64,000 bases of DNA from Lama glama (lineage: Eukaryota). The DNA lies in NCBI GenBank assembly GCA_028534125.1, contig CM052817.1:6574001-6638000 (forward strand), written 5' to 3'. Every line of letters begins with the position of its first letter. The first letter of the stretch is position 1. Position numbers and translations under genes: made by a program. Shown here one piece after another: positions 28,919 to 40,800 of the stretch. Below the pieces are notes generated by a model. It searched no databases and was not told where the DNA came from. It was given only the letters and a program-made list of their open reading frames with translations.

Positions 28919-29819
28919 AGAGCACAGAGATGGACAACACTGGGAAGAGCTGCATTTCTTACTTGAAAGCTCTTTGATTGTGGAAAGTACTCTCTTAATA
29001 GTGAGACCTCTTACCCTGCTCACAAAATAGGAGCTTCCCAAACAAGAAAAAGACCAGGAAGACAAGTTTGAACTTGTAAGCAGCATAAAGATAAATTGAT
29101 TTGTCTCCTTCCAGAAGTAAACTAGGCAATGCTAAGGGAATCTTCTGGAAGTCTGGAGCCCTGAGCCAACACGGGAACAGACACAGACGGTTCAGGAGCA
29201 CCTGGAGCCCGGGGCCACATTCCTCCCAAAAACAATGAAGATGGCTACCACCTGCCACACCTGCTACTGAGCAGACGCTGGGCTGGCAGCTCTGCACACC
29301 GGACCCCTGTGATGCTGACGGCAGGTCCTCAAGAGAACTGATATCATTACAGCGAAGTGAGGCTCACAGACATTAAGTGGTTTGTCCACAAAGTTACAGA
29401 TGAACTAGGATTCAAACTCAGTCTGAACAGGCAAAGTCAGGGAGCTCGCTGCTCCTTTCCCTGGGGGGAAGTACCCAGTTAGTCTACATGCAGGTGCTGG
29501 CTCCTTGGTGCGAGTCTCTGGTCCTGGTGAACCTTCACGCTGGGCACTGATTCTTTGATGAGGAACAAGATTCCTCAGAAGGGAACAGACTGGCTGGAGC
29601 ATAAAATGAACCTTGTCCCTCCCTTTGGGGATGGATTAAAAGGTCCCACAGAGAGATCCAGCCCCTCTCTGTTCAGTCCCTTTTATCAGGGAGACCATTT
29701 TCTTCATCCTGCCATGATAAGCCAAGCCCTGAGTGTCAAGAATTTGAGAGTCTTTCCCATCAGCAGCAGCAGGCTTCCTTGGGCCCCTCTGCGAAGGTGC
29801 TGACCACGTGCCAGGCATG

Positions 29820-30350
29820 GGGAGTACACGGGAGAGGGCACAGGCTTTTCCAGGTGGAGGTCCCTTGCACTCGGGATTAAATCCAAACTCCTTTCCAGGC
29901 CTTCGGAGGAACCTAGGATGGGACCCGCCCGCCCCACCCGCCTCAGCTGCTCCTTTAAGCCAAGCCCTGACCTTTCTGTTCTTTTGAACACACCAAGCTC
30001 ATGCCAGCTCTGGGGCCTGGCATTTGCAACTCTCTCTTTCCAGGATGCTGGCCCCAGGCTTTCTGAGGCTGGCTCTCTCTTGTCAGATTTTATTTCAAAT
30101 GCTGGCTTTCCCCGCCGCCACATCAGCCCACCCGCTCTCCTTTCATCACGTTCTTCCCCATCATCCTGTTTTATACTCCTCATATACACTCCAAAATTAT
30201 ATTTGCTTGTTGACTGTCTGCCTCTGCACCAGACAGTATCAGTTCAGAGCTCCTCTGTTGGTGTCCTGTATCTCTCTGTGGCATCCTCTGGGGCTGGCAC
30301 GATCACCAGGACACAGCAGGTGCTAGAGAGCCTATTTGCTGAATGAACAC
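29820..30350 (+). mobile_element. L2 3' end
   Basis: GGATTAAATCCAAACTCCTT...GGGCCTGGCATTTGC...ACACAGCAGGTGCTAGAGAGCCTATTTGCTGAATGAA. Confidence 0.7.
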
Positions 30351-30407
30351 GTCAAATGTGGTGGAAAGTTAGGCAAACGGCTGAAGGCACTGAGAAAGGC
30401 CTTCTAT

Positions 30408-31050
30408 TCAATACTCCTGGGCATATATCTGGAGGAAACTATAATTCGAAAAGGCACATGCACCCCAGTGTTCATAGCAGCACTAGTTACAATAGCCAAG
30501 ACATGGAAGCAACCTAAATGTCTATCGACAGATGACTGGATAAAGAGGATGTGGTATCTGTACATACATAATGGAATATTACTCTGCCATAAAAAGAATG
30601 AAATAATGTATTTGCAGCAACATGGATGGACCTAGAGATTACCATATTAAGTGAAGTAAATCAGACAGAGAAAGACAAATATCATATAATATCACTTATA
30701 TGTGGAAACTAAAAAATAAATAAAAATTCTATTTACAAACCAAAAACAGATTCAGGGACATAGAAAACAAACTATGGTTACCAAAGGGGAAAGGGTGGAG
30801 AGAGATAAATCAGGGGTTGGGGATTAACAGACACATGTTACTATGTATAAAATAGGTAAACAACAAAGACCTACTGTAGAGCACAGGGAACTATATTCAA
30901 TTTCTTGTAATAACATATAATGGAAAAGAATCTGTAAAGAAAAAAAATACACATATATATGTATGTATATATACAACTGAATCACTTTACTATACACCTG
31001 AAATTAATATTGTAAATCAACTACACCTCAATAAAAAAAAATTAAAAAAA
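30408..31050 (+). mobile_element. L1 3' fragment (end of ORF2, 3' UTR and A-tail)
   Basis: Translation ...LLGIYLEETIIRKGTCTPVFIAALVTIAKTWKQPKCLSTDDWIKRMWY resembles the L1 ORF2p C-terminus. Followed by a cetartiodactyl-type 3' UTR and AATAAAAAAAAA tail. Confidence 0.92.
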
Positions 31051-31749
31051 GAGAAAAGCGTAACAGTTTGTCCATTTCTGAAAATGACTACATGAAACGG
31101 GAGTGAGTTTTTTCTCCCTAGAAGGTCAAGCAGACACAAGATGTTGAAAGGGAGCCTCAAAACCTCTCGTGGTGATTGACCAAGATGACCTGAGAATCTA
31201 GAAAATATTTGAATGAAAATAGGAGGGGAAGCAGTGAGATAACCCTTCAACAACATTTTACTTTTCTCCTTAAGCCTTCTCATTACATAATGCACATCGT
31301 GACCTAAATTTCAAATGTAATTAATACAATTCTCTCGGTCCCACCACTGGAATATATTCATGGATGAAATGAAATGACCAGAATATTTCACAAGAGGGAC
31401 ATTCAGCGCTTCGGAACAAGGATGCCCTTGAACCCTCCATCTGCAGGAAAGCCTCCCAGCCTCTCAGCCAAAGCAGGAGACACAGCAGACACAGGCAAGA
31501 ATCTCCCCTCAGATAACCAGGGTGATGAAAACACGGGCACATGAGTCATAGAAAGGATTTGACAAGAGTATTGGAGAGGGAGGGATTACTCCTGAGTGCC
31601 CATTGTGTGTCGGGAGGTAAACACTCATGTATGAATTATCCCCCATCATATTTGTAGCAATATGAAGAAATACTTCTTTTCATTTTATTTGATAATTTTT
31701 AAACAGTGAAAAGGCAGTGTGTAGTTGTCAAAAAGCAAAGAAACTTTTG

Positions 31750-31950
31750 CAGTTGGACAGATCCAGGCTAGAATTCTTAGAGCTAACTGACCTCAGAGAA
31801 GTTTATCATCTCTCTGGGGCTCAGTGTGCCATTCTGCAAAATGGGCTCAAACCAACCTCACATGAATGCCTTCATGATTAAATAAGATTACCCAGGCCAA
31901 AGAGACAGCACAGGGCCTGACACTCGGTAGGCAGTCAGCAAATGTTAACG
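31750..31950 (+). mobile_element. MIR SINE
   Basis: TGACCTCAGAGAAGTT...CTCAGTGTGCCATTCTGCAAAATGGG...GATTAAATAAGAT...GGCCTGACACTCGGTAGGCAGTCAGCAAATGTT. Confidence 0.65.
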
Positions 31951-33136
31951 GCCTGTCTTTCTCCTCAAGGCAGATACGGAAATATGCTTTTAAGTTTAAG
32001 TGACCTTTTCAAGGTCACAGGCCAGGAAGCATGATAACTAAATTTCTGAGGACCATCCCTAAAGCCCGCTTTTCCCTTGAATGATGACGCCTCCCACTGG
32101 CAGCGAGGAGAGCATTCCAGGCAGAGGGGAGAGCTTACTTAAGGCAAGATAAACTAAGATAGCAGGACAGATGAGCTCTCCTGTGCTGCTCTGCAGGAAC
32201 TGTTCTCTCCAAGCATCCCATGGTGTGCAGTGATTTAATTTTCTGGAATGTACTGAAACCTGAGTAGAGGCAGCTTGAAGAGAACTGTCATTCCGTAGCC
32301 AACCAAACTTCTGAGCAATCAACAGTATAAGATTTTTTGGTTCGTCTTTTGGAGACAAAAATGTCTTCACTTTTCACCTCTGCACAGCTACTTAACAGCG
32401 TACTGCAGTGATGTCAAATTTCCATCCTTGGCAGGTCATCTTGGAAACCAAGAAGAGGAAGCGGATTTAGCTCGTGCCTGTCAGTCTACAGAAGGACAGT
32501 GACATCTCAAGACTCGCATAAATATTTATTTTCTTGAAATTGCCTACACATGACACTCGTCAACAGACGTTGACATTCACTTTTGTTTGGATTTACTTAT
32601 GGTAATTGCTGTGAGGTAGAACGGGGTGGAATGAGTTCAAGGTAGAAAAGACCCAAGGTCAGTCCAAGTAATGTTAATACGTTTCTCTGGGCCGCACTGA
32701 CTGCCCTGTTTTCCCCTTGAAGACGATCAGGACTTTTCAAACATTCTCTCCTCCAGACTTTCTAAGCTCCCTTTTATGCACGGCACTCCTGGGAGGCTCC
32801 ATTTACACAAAAGGTTACCCGGATGATGAAGTCATTCTCCAGGACTGAAGGATGGAGGTACCTGGGCAATCCAGGGAGGGCAGCGTGATGGCAAAGATTT
32901 GGGGTCAGAAGACTCCAGTCACAGTGTTTTTCTGAGCTTCTGAGACTTCCTTGATACAACGAGGCTGATAACTGCAAGCCGTCCCATAGTTCGTCCCAAG
33001 TCAACCCACAGGACATTCTCCAAATTAGGTAAGACATTAGGGTCTAAGGATCTGGACGAGAAATTGCAAATTGGAGGTGACTTAAGCGCCGGCCCCCTCC
33101 CAGAGCTCTGGCTGCCCCATTAGAGTCGCCAGGCAC

Positions 33137-33435
33137 AGGGCTTCCCAAACTCACGCCTGCACTCCAGTCCCCTGTGGATGGAGCTCAAAATGCGGATTCT
33201 AGGGGGAGGGTATAGCTCAGCAGTACAGTGCATGCTTAGCATGAACGAGGTCCTGGGTTAAATTCCCAGTACCTCCACAAAATAGAAAGTGCATTTTAAA
33301 AAATCTTAATTACCTCACCCCCCAAAATATTTTTTTGGAAAATGCAGATTCTGATCCCAGAGGTCTGGGGAGAGGCCCAAGTCTGTTTCTAACAAGCTTC
33401 CACAGGAACTGGTCTGCTCACCCACAGCCCTGGGG
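33137..33435 (-). mobile_element. MER5A1-like hAT-Charlie DNA transposon, interrupted by the SINE
   Basis: CAGGGCTTCCCAAACT...AAAATGCAGATTCTGATCCCAGAGGTCTGGGG...TTTCTAACAAGCTTCC resembles the reverse complement of the MER5A1 consensus. Confidence 0.7.
33201..33338 (+). mobile_element. vic-1-type camelid tRNA-derived SINE
   Basis: GGGGGAGGGTATAGCTCAGCAGTACAGTGCATGCTTAGCATGAACGAGGTCCTGGGTTAAATTCCCAGTACCTCC carries A/B-box-like motifs and a TAATTACCTCACCCCCC tail. Flanked by a 14-bp TSD AAAATGC(G/A)GATTCT at 33187-33200 and 33339-33352. Confidence 0.85.
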
Positions 33436-34829
33436 ATGGCAAGAACCCGTGAGCTTAGAACCTCTGTGCCAATTCAGATCCAGAGTCTGACCCTCTCCCT
33501 TGCCCTGGGCTGGAATGGTTCATGCTCCTTTGGGCTCTGTTTCTTATGGTTGTTGGGGAAGTTTGTTTTTAATTCCAGGACTGTAAACGATTGCGGTAGA
33601 CAAAATAGAGGGGGATCCAGCTGGCCACTGGGGTGGTATTATCTGTGGAGAAGGGCAGAGGGGAGATGTTGGAATTCAGAGGATTTAGAAGCAAAACCCC
33701 AGGCTCCAATCTCAGCTCTATAACTTAAAACCCACCAGACAGCAACGAAAACTCTGCCGGAGAGCCAGTGTGTTGGCCAATATATCAATTGTGAGGATTA
33801 AATAAAACAGTCCGCGTGGATGCTTACAGCAATGCCATGTTGCCTGGCCCATGGCGAGCCATTCCTTCAATTGTGGTAGCTATTTTTATCCCTAAAAAAA
33901 AAAAAAGAGGGCCGTGTGGTATAAATGGGGTTCAAGGATGATAATTAGTCAAACGCATTTGTTCACGATCTGAAGTCCTGCGGTGACTCAACCAGAAAGA
34001 GGCTCACGGAAGAAAGGACAGTGACACATGGAAATGATCCAGGCTCTCTGTCTGGGAAGGGGCGCTCTGAGGGCCCTTCCCACCCACCCTAGTCGCGGCT
34101 GCCAGGTGTGCGAGGCCCGAGCGAGGCTCCCGGGAGGGGAGAGGAGGAGGAGCCACTTCTCACCACGTTTAATCTGCGGAGCTGTGCACAGAAGGCAGCG
34201 GTGACCTAAATAAATCCTTCATTAGAAGCAGAAACACACTGGCAGAGGCAGAGCACGGCAGAGCTCCGTGACAGGAGGGCGGACGGGCCGCTTTTATTAC
34301 TCAGAGCAGCTGAGTGGGAAAGGGGGGCCGTGCTCGCAGACGGGGGTGGGCAGGAGCCAGGCTGCCTCTGCGCACTTGGATGTGCACGGCTCAGTCCCTG
34401 CTCGGGTGTGACCCAGTCTCCTGACAGGTGATGGGAGCCTCCCTGGTTAAGGGGATAGTCATCATCTCCCCCCAGGGGACGAGCACCCAGGAAGTCCTTG
34501 CATTTCCCCAGAAATGGCCAGGAAAGACCCACAGAACATCAGAAGCCAAAGAACCCTGTGCCATCATCTTGTCCTGTCCTTATCCCTGTCGATGGGGAAA
34601 CAGGTAGGCAGAGAACGGGAATCCCAGGTCAAGCGTGCAGGGGCTGAACTGAATCAGCAACCGAGGTCTCCTGATTCCCACGCCCCTGGACCCCAAACAC
34701 ATGGAGATCAGCACTTGTTTTTGTTGGGGGCAGGGAACATTAGAATAGTTTGCAGCTGAAAATAAATATACAAACCAGAGTAAATTCTCCCCCTGTTAGA
34801 AGGAGGATTTGTCTCATTTCTTGAACCAG

Positions 34830-35208
34830 ACTGGATGGACTGAATTTTGTCCGCCACCCCCGCCCGCAGATTCCATATGCTGAAGCCCTTATCCTCAGTG
34901 GGTGGATATTTGGAGAGGGGCCTTTGGAAGGTAATCAGATTTAGATGAAGTCATGAGGATAAGACTGACAATGGATTAGTGTCCTTAGGAAGAGAGGAAG
35001 AGAGATTAGAACTCTCTCCTGCCACGTGAACACACGAGGAGATGGCAACCATCTGCAAACAGGAGAGAACTCTCACCAGGAAGTGAATCCATAGGCATCT
35101 TGATCTTGGACACCCCAGGCTCAAGAGCTGAGAAAAACGAACATTTGCTGTTGATTAAGTCACCCTGTCTATGACATTTTGTACAGCTGCCCAAGTAGAC
35201 CAATACAC
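34830..35208 (+). mobile_element. MaLR LTR (MLT1A-like)
   Basis: GGACTGAATTTTGTCC...ATATGCTGAAGCCCT...GATTAGTGTCCTTA...TCTTGATCTTGGAC...CAGCTGCCCAAGTAGACCAATACA. Confidence 0.85.
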
Positions 35209-36300
35209 AGCCCTTAGAAGAAACAGTAAAGAAGAAGAACCTGCCTGGGATTGCTTCCACTATTGTAAGTCTTCCCAGGGGTAGCACACAACGGTCTCCT
35301 GGATCCAGGCAGGTGACATCAGCCTAGGAAGCCGGCCGGCCGGCTGGGACCACAGTGAGCAGCCCTGTGCATATGTGGTCTGTCGAAAAAGCCAGCTGCT
35401 GCCAACTCCGGCAGATGCTGCCGGAGACGAGGGACCGGGGCCGTCTGATCTTTGCATTTTCCAGATTCAACTATGGAGACTTCTGTGAAAACTCCTGATT
35501 TTTATTTTATGAGTGTAATAAATGGATATTAGTTGCCAAGTGAAGTGAGAAAAAGAGAAAAGACTGGAAGGCAAATCTGCAAAGACTGACGTGTCAGGTC
35601 CATTCTTCGCCCACAGGTGATCACTCAGACTTGGACAAGGCACCTACCATGTTTCTAAGTTTGCGCTAAGCTCCCCGGGACACAGAAGTAGCCCAGTCAC
35701 TGTCCTTAGAGCACCCTGTAAAGTCGGAGATGCCCATGCAAGGAAACCTATTAACCGTGCTCAGTGAGAGCAGGGATCAGGCACAACTGCACCAGAGCCC
35801 AGAGGAGAGGTTGCACAGGCGGAAGACGGGGGAGGGCCCCGTTCATCCCACTGAAAAGCAATCAATGGCCAGGCATAATCTGGGAGGAGGCTTGGGGTCG
35901 GCTCGGCAGGAAGTCCCCGGGGGCAATCACCCCAGGTAGAGTCTGCGGCAGCATCAGGGCTGGAGGTGTGGCGGGGGGGCCACTGGCGCTGGCGGTGGTA
36001 TGGAGGTACAGTCTGCAGGGGAAGGAGGCAGCGAGGAGGCTGCAGGAGCCGGCAGGGGCCACAACCTGAGATTCAGAAACACAGCGGAAGGGAAAGCGCT
36101 ATGGCAGTGGGACAAAGGGGACAAAGCGGACAAAGCACAAGGCCCCTAGCTTGAATCCCAGTAACGCCACCTGCAGACTCCAGGCGGGATAAGCTCATGG
36201 GAAATCTTGGAAACTGCTGCTCACTTTTGGTCCAAGAGCTCGGTTTTGTCTTTCCTTTTGGATATGAGTGTTCTTGGTTTAAGGTAATCATTTAAAAACA

Positions 36301-36846
36301 GTTAACCTATTTTTTATATAGTAGTTAGTATCTGCAAATCCCAAACTCCTAATTTATTCCTCTCCCCTCCCTTTTTCCCCCAAACCATAAGTTTGTTTTC
36401 TGTCTATGAGTCTGTTTCTGCTTTGTAAATAAGTTCACTTGTGCCATTTTTTTTAGATTCCACATGTAAGTGATATCATATGATATCTGTCTTTGTCTGA
36501 CTTAATTTCACTTAGTAGGATAATCTCAAGATTCACTCATGCTGCCACAAATGGTATCATTTCATTCTTCTCACGGCTGAGTAGTATTCCACTGTATACA
36601 TACAAACACACATATATATGTATGTATGTATGTGTGTGTATATATATGTATATATATATACACCACATCTTTATCCAACCGTCTACAAGGTCCTACTCTC
36701 TAGCACAGGAAACTATTCAATATCTTGTAATAATCTATAATTCTATAGAATGTGAAAAAGAATATATATGCATAGCTGAATCAATATGTTATACACTAGA
36801 AACTAACACAACATTGTAAATTAACTTAAAATTAAATTAGAAAAAA
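36301..36846. mobile_element. 5'-inverted L1 insertion (minus segment ~36301-36684, plus 3' end ~36685-36846)
   Basis: First segment is reverse-complement L1 3' sequence. Second segment ACAAGGTCCTACTCTCTAGCACAGGAAACTATTCAA...ACAACATTGTAAATTAAC ends in an A-rich tail. ACAGTTA occurs at both flanks. Confidence 0.85.
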
Positions 36847-37604
36847 GCACACAGTTACGTGAGCGCTTAGGACTGACCTGCACTGTGAAACATACCGAGG
36901 CGCAGCGAGGACTGGCATCCCTGCCTGCAAGCCCCTGAGGCGGAGGCAGGCGTGGACGGAGGTAAAGCATGGCACCACGGCTGGGTTTGAGTTTGTACTG
37001 TCCGTATTTTTTTTCCCTTTTCCGAATTAAACTGCTGCTGCTCCTGTGATAGCACTAAATAAAGCAACAGTGAATGACTTTCCTTCATCCCTCACACATA
37101 CACACACGGCTGTGATTTCTGTTCATCCCTTACTTTAACGAAATTTTTGAAACACTGTTCAAGTTCAGTATTCCCTTTTTCTTAAGCTACAGGCTTTACA
37201 AAATGAATTAGTGTCTCATTTGCCTCTGATTCAAGCTTTAACTTATCTATAATGCATTTACCTTAAGTAGGAAACACCTGCCTTATTATCTCAGTCATCT
37301 TGAAATCTTTAATCTGTCCAGAACAGCACCTAGATCTTGCACTCAACACAGCCTTCTCTGTGATCTCATGTTACCTTGTTATAACTTCAATTATCATTAG
37401 ATGAAATATAATTCTATACAGGACGTTCAATCATCACCAGACTGATCATTTATTCTTTCTGAATGTTGATGCAAAGTGATTTACGTTGTATATTTTAAAA
37501 ATGTTGTTTAATTATTATTGCTTAAATAACGTATTTGAAACAATCTGGCATCTGGGGGAGACACTCAGGAATCCTCAGGATGAATCATTACAAGAGCTCA
37601 GAGG

Positions 37605-37860
37605 TGGGAGGCGGGTGGTTAAGGGGGTGAGTTTGAATTGCACTCTATCCCTTACTCCCTCTTTGGGACCAAGAGCAAGTCATGTGACCTCTGTGTGCTT
37701 CATTTTTTTTTTGTTTTTTTCTTTTTAACCTGAAATGTAGGGATGGTAACAGTATTGATTCTGTAGGATTGTCATGAGTATTAAAGGAGATATTACTCCA
37801 CGAAGCGCTAAGAAGAGGGCCTGGCAAACAGGACACCCTCACCGAATATTATCATCAACA
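37605..37860 (+). mobile_element. MIR SINE
   Basis: GTGGTTAAG...GAGCAAGTCATGTGACCTCTGTGTGCTTCA...GGATTGTCATGAGTATTAAAGGAGATA...GGCCTGGCAAACAG. Confidence 0.7.
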
Positions 37861-40800
37861 CTGTCGGATCCCTGTTGTCCACTGCAGTGGCTGAGAAAGG
37901 TCGTATTCAGGTAATTAAAATTGCCAATGCCATGACTTCAGGCATATAAAGTGCATCTCCACCAAGTCGTCTTTGCTTGAAGGGACCAATGCACAAGAGT
38001 GAACAGGGTGCTGGGCTGGGAGTCGGGAGCCGGAGTCTAGTCCCAAATTCTGCCCTGACTTTTGTATGACCTCGATCAAGACGCAGAAATATTCTGAGCC
38101 TCGTTTACAAAAGGAAATAATCAGACCATAAATTCTAAGACCATCTGCCTTCTTATAGCTAAAAAGTGAAGGCTTTAGAGAATTAAGAAACATGGCAAGA
38201 TACTATTATCCAAAATTCTGAACAAAGCAATCACTTAAAAATAAAGTTTTACCATTTGGGCCGGCATCAATCTAACATTTCACGGGTTAAAGCTGGCAAC
38301 GTATGTGGAATTTCCACACTGCTGAGATTCTGTTAATAAGGGAAAATAAGACAGCTTCTGGCAGGAAAGACTGACTCTTGGGTAGGGTCTCCCCTACCTG
38401 CCACTCTGGTTCTATTCAAATCATATTCAGTGTTCGTTTACCAAACATTCACTGAACTAGGACCTGAATAAGAGATGGATCAGCTAGATTAGAGAACCAT
38501 CTATAAAGGATGCTTCGTCATCACTGGGCCAAACTACAAATGAAGAAAAATAGCATCGTATAAAAGGCTTCTCAGTGATAAGAAAATATACAATTAGACC
38601 AAGCCCTTCAGGGTGGGGTGGTGGCAGAGGGGTTGCGTGTGGTGGCATAAGACTTCCCTGCACTCAGCCCCAAAGGGTCTGCTTCACGACCTCTGAGGCC
38701 GGATGGAGGCAGTTGACTCTACAGCTTTTGCTTGTGTGAGTGCGGTATGTAAGTTTGGGAGTGAGCAGAATTGCTGAAGACAACAGAAAAGGACAGAGTC
38801 TTGCCACAGGGGTCCAGCCTCTTGGTTCTCACCACACATCACATTCATCCTCTTCCTAAAGAAATGAAGATGCATTTATTAATGGAGATGCATAATTAAT
38901 TACTATTAATATAATATGGTTATTCTTCAAAGAGCTTGATGAGTAGTAGGATGAGTGAAAACCCAAGGATCAGCCTGCCCAGCGGACCCACCGTTCAGTC
39001 AAGACCTAGATACACTGGCTGTGTATCTGGCACTAGGGGATTGGAGATACAGTTGGCATCCTGCTCCTTCCCTCGAAAAAGGGTGCATGCAGGGGTGCAG
39101 GGTGTGTTGTGGGGCAAATGCAGGGAGAGGAGGCAAAACTATGTGATGATTGTGCTAAGGTTAGGACTGAGAGAGTGCTAAGGGCACCCTGCCCATTAGC
39201 GGTGCGGAGAGATTCGTAGACAACAGAATCACGGGCACACATACATCACACACCAAGTTATTTTGGTCATATTCACATGTCAAGATGCGAGAAGAGGGGT
39301 AACAGAGCTACATTTAGAAATAGTTCCTTTTTTTTTTTTAATGTGTGTGTGACTCAAAATCAAAGAGGAAAAATGGTGTGGGAATGAATGATCATGTCTC
39401 CATACTGTATTTCTTCCCCCAACTCTTAGTGAACAAGAGGGAAGAAGCAAAGGAAGAGGGAGGGGGACACGGGCATCTGCATGTGGCTCTCTACACTGCT
39501 CCGTCTCTGGTGGGGTCAGTGGGATTGGATGGGACTTCAGTAGGGTTTCCCCATGAGATTCCCTACTCAACTCTGAAAGGAATTTGCCGAATAAAATCTG
39601 TGTGTGTGTGTGAGATAGCTCCAATGGTGAACTAAGTTGCCAAGACGTCCTGTGACTCTCACACCCTCTGAAGGCCATCAACACACTAGTGAGGCCAACA
39701 CGCACCTTGAGGTCCTGCCACGCGATGCTTCCTTGATGACGAGTTTCCAAAGGTGTCAAAAGAATAAAGCTGACTGTAGCCCCCGTGGGCACTGGGCCAC
39801 CTGGCTTTCCTACTTTGACCACCACTTTCCTTCCCCATCAGCTGCTGGGAACACACAGGCCTGGCTTTGTAATCCAGGCAGGCAGCAGACCCAAACCTGC
39901 GCTCGGGTCCGCCGTACCACGGGAAAGGAGGGGCTTGGCCAAAGAACAAGGGTTCAAATGAAGTGTTTTTAGCTGCAGTTTCTGCTCTGGCTTTCGACAA
40001 GTTTTCTTCCAATGTTTAGAGTCACAGGGGGCAAGACATTTCATAACGCGAGTCACTAAATTAGATTTCAAGACTTCTCCTTCCACGTATTACCTCTGCT
40101 CTTCCCTCAGGCACCGCTCAGGAGCGTATGTCATTCGCTCGGGACGCAGACACCAGGCCTCCTGAGAGCAGGTCCCTTCCGGGCGTCACCCAGGGATACG
40201 GGGAGGAGCTAGGTCTCTCCTCGGCCCCCAGGAGCCCACAGTCGAAGGGGCAAAATGGGTGTGGAAATAAATACTTCCAGCCGAGTGAGATGGTGGAGGC
40301 TCTGGGATGGACACTTTTGGCAACTTAAAGGGAGCCAGGAAGAGAAAGCTTGGGACATGCTTCATGGGAAAACACCCGAGAAACATTCAGAGGTCTGATG
40401 AGGACAAAAACCAAGTTTAACACTTTGTAAGTGACTTCCAGGCTGAAGTATATAAACAGAAAAATAGAGAAATAAACAGAATGATGTGGGAAGATCAAAG
40501 CAAGTGAGCTGACGTCCGCTGGGGTTTCAGTCCTGGCTTAGATATTTGATCGCGGAAAAGCGACACGCCTCTCTGGGTCGTACTTTTTCTCATCCAAAGA
40601 AAGGGGATGCTTCCTACCACGTTGAAAATTAAACGTAATATTAAAGAAAAACGCCTTGGCCCACCTGACACAGGGTAGACCCTCCAAACATAGGAGCTGG
40701 AGAATAGTCATGCGATCAATAGTAGCGTGATGATGTTAGAGAAGAGAAAACTAGAGGAACAATAATCGCAATTAAAATGTAGATTTTATAACAACTAAAT

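Noticed and set aside
30336..30635. 99-aa ORF with recognisable protein similarity
   Set aside because: Truncated, frameshifted L1 ORF2p C-terminus, not a host gene.
33201..33276. tRNA-Ala-like sequence as a real tRNA gene
   Set aside because: Degenerate D- and T-loop motifs, a SINE tail and TSDs indicate a retroposed SINE.
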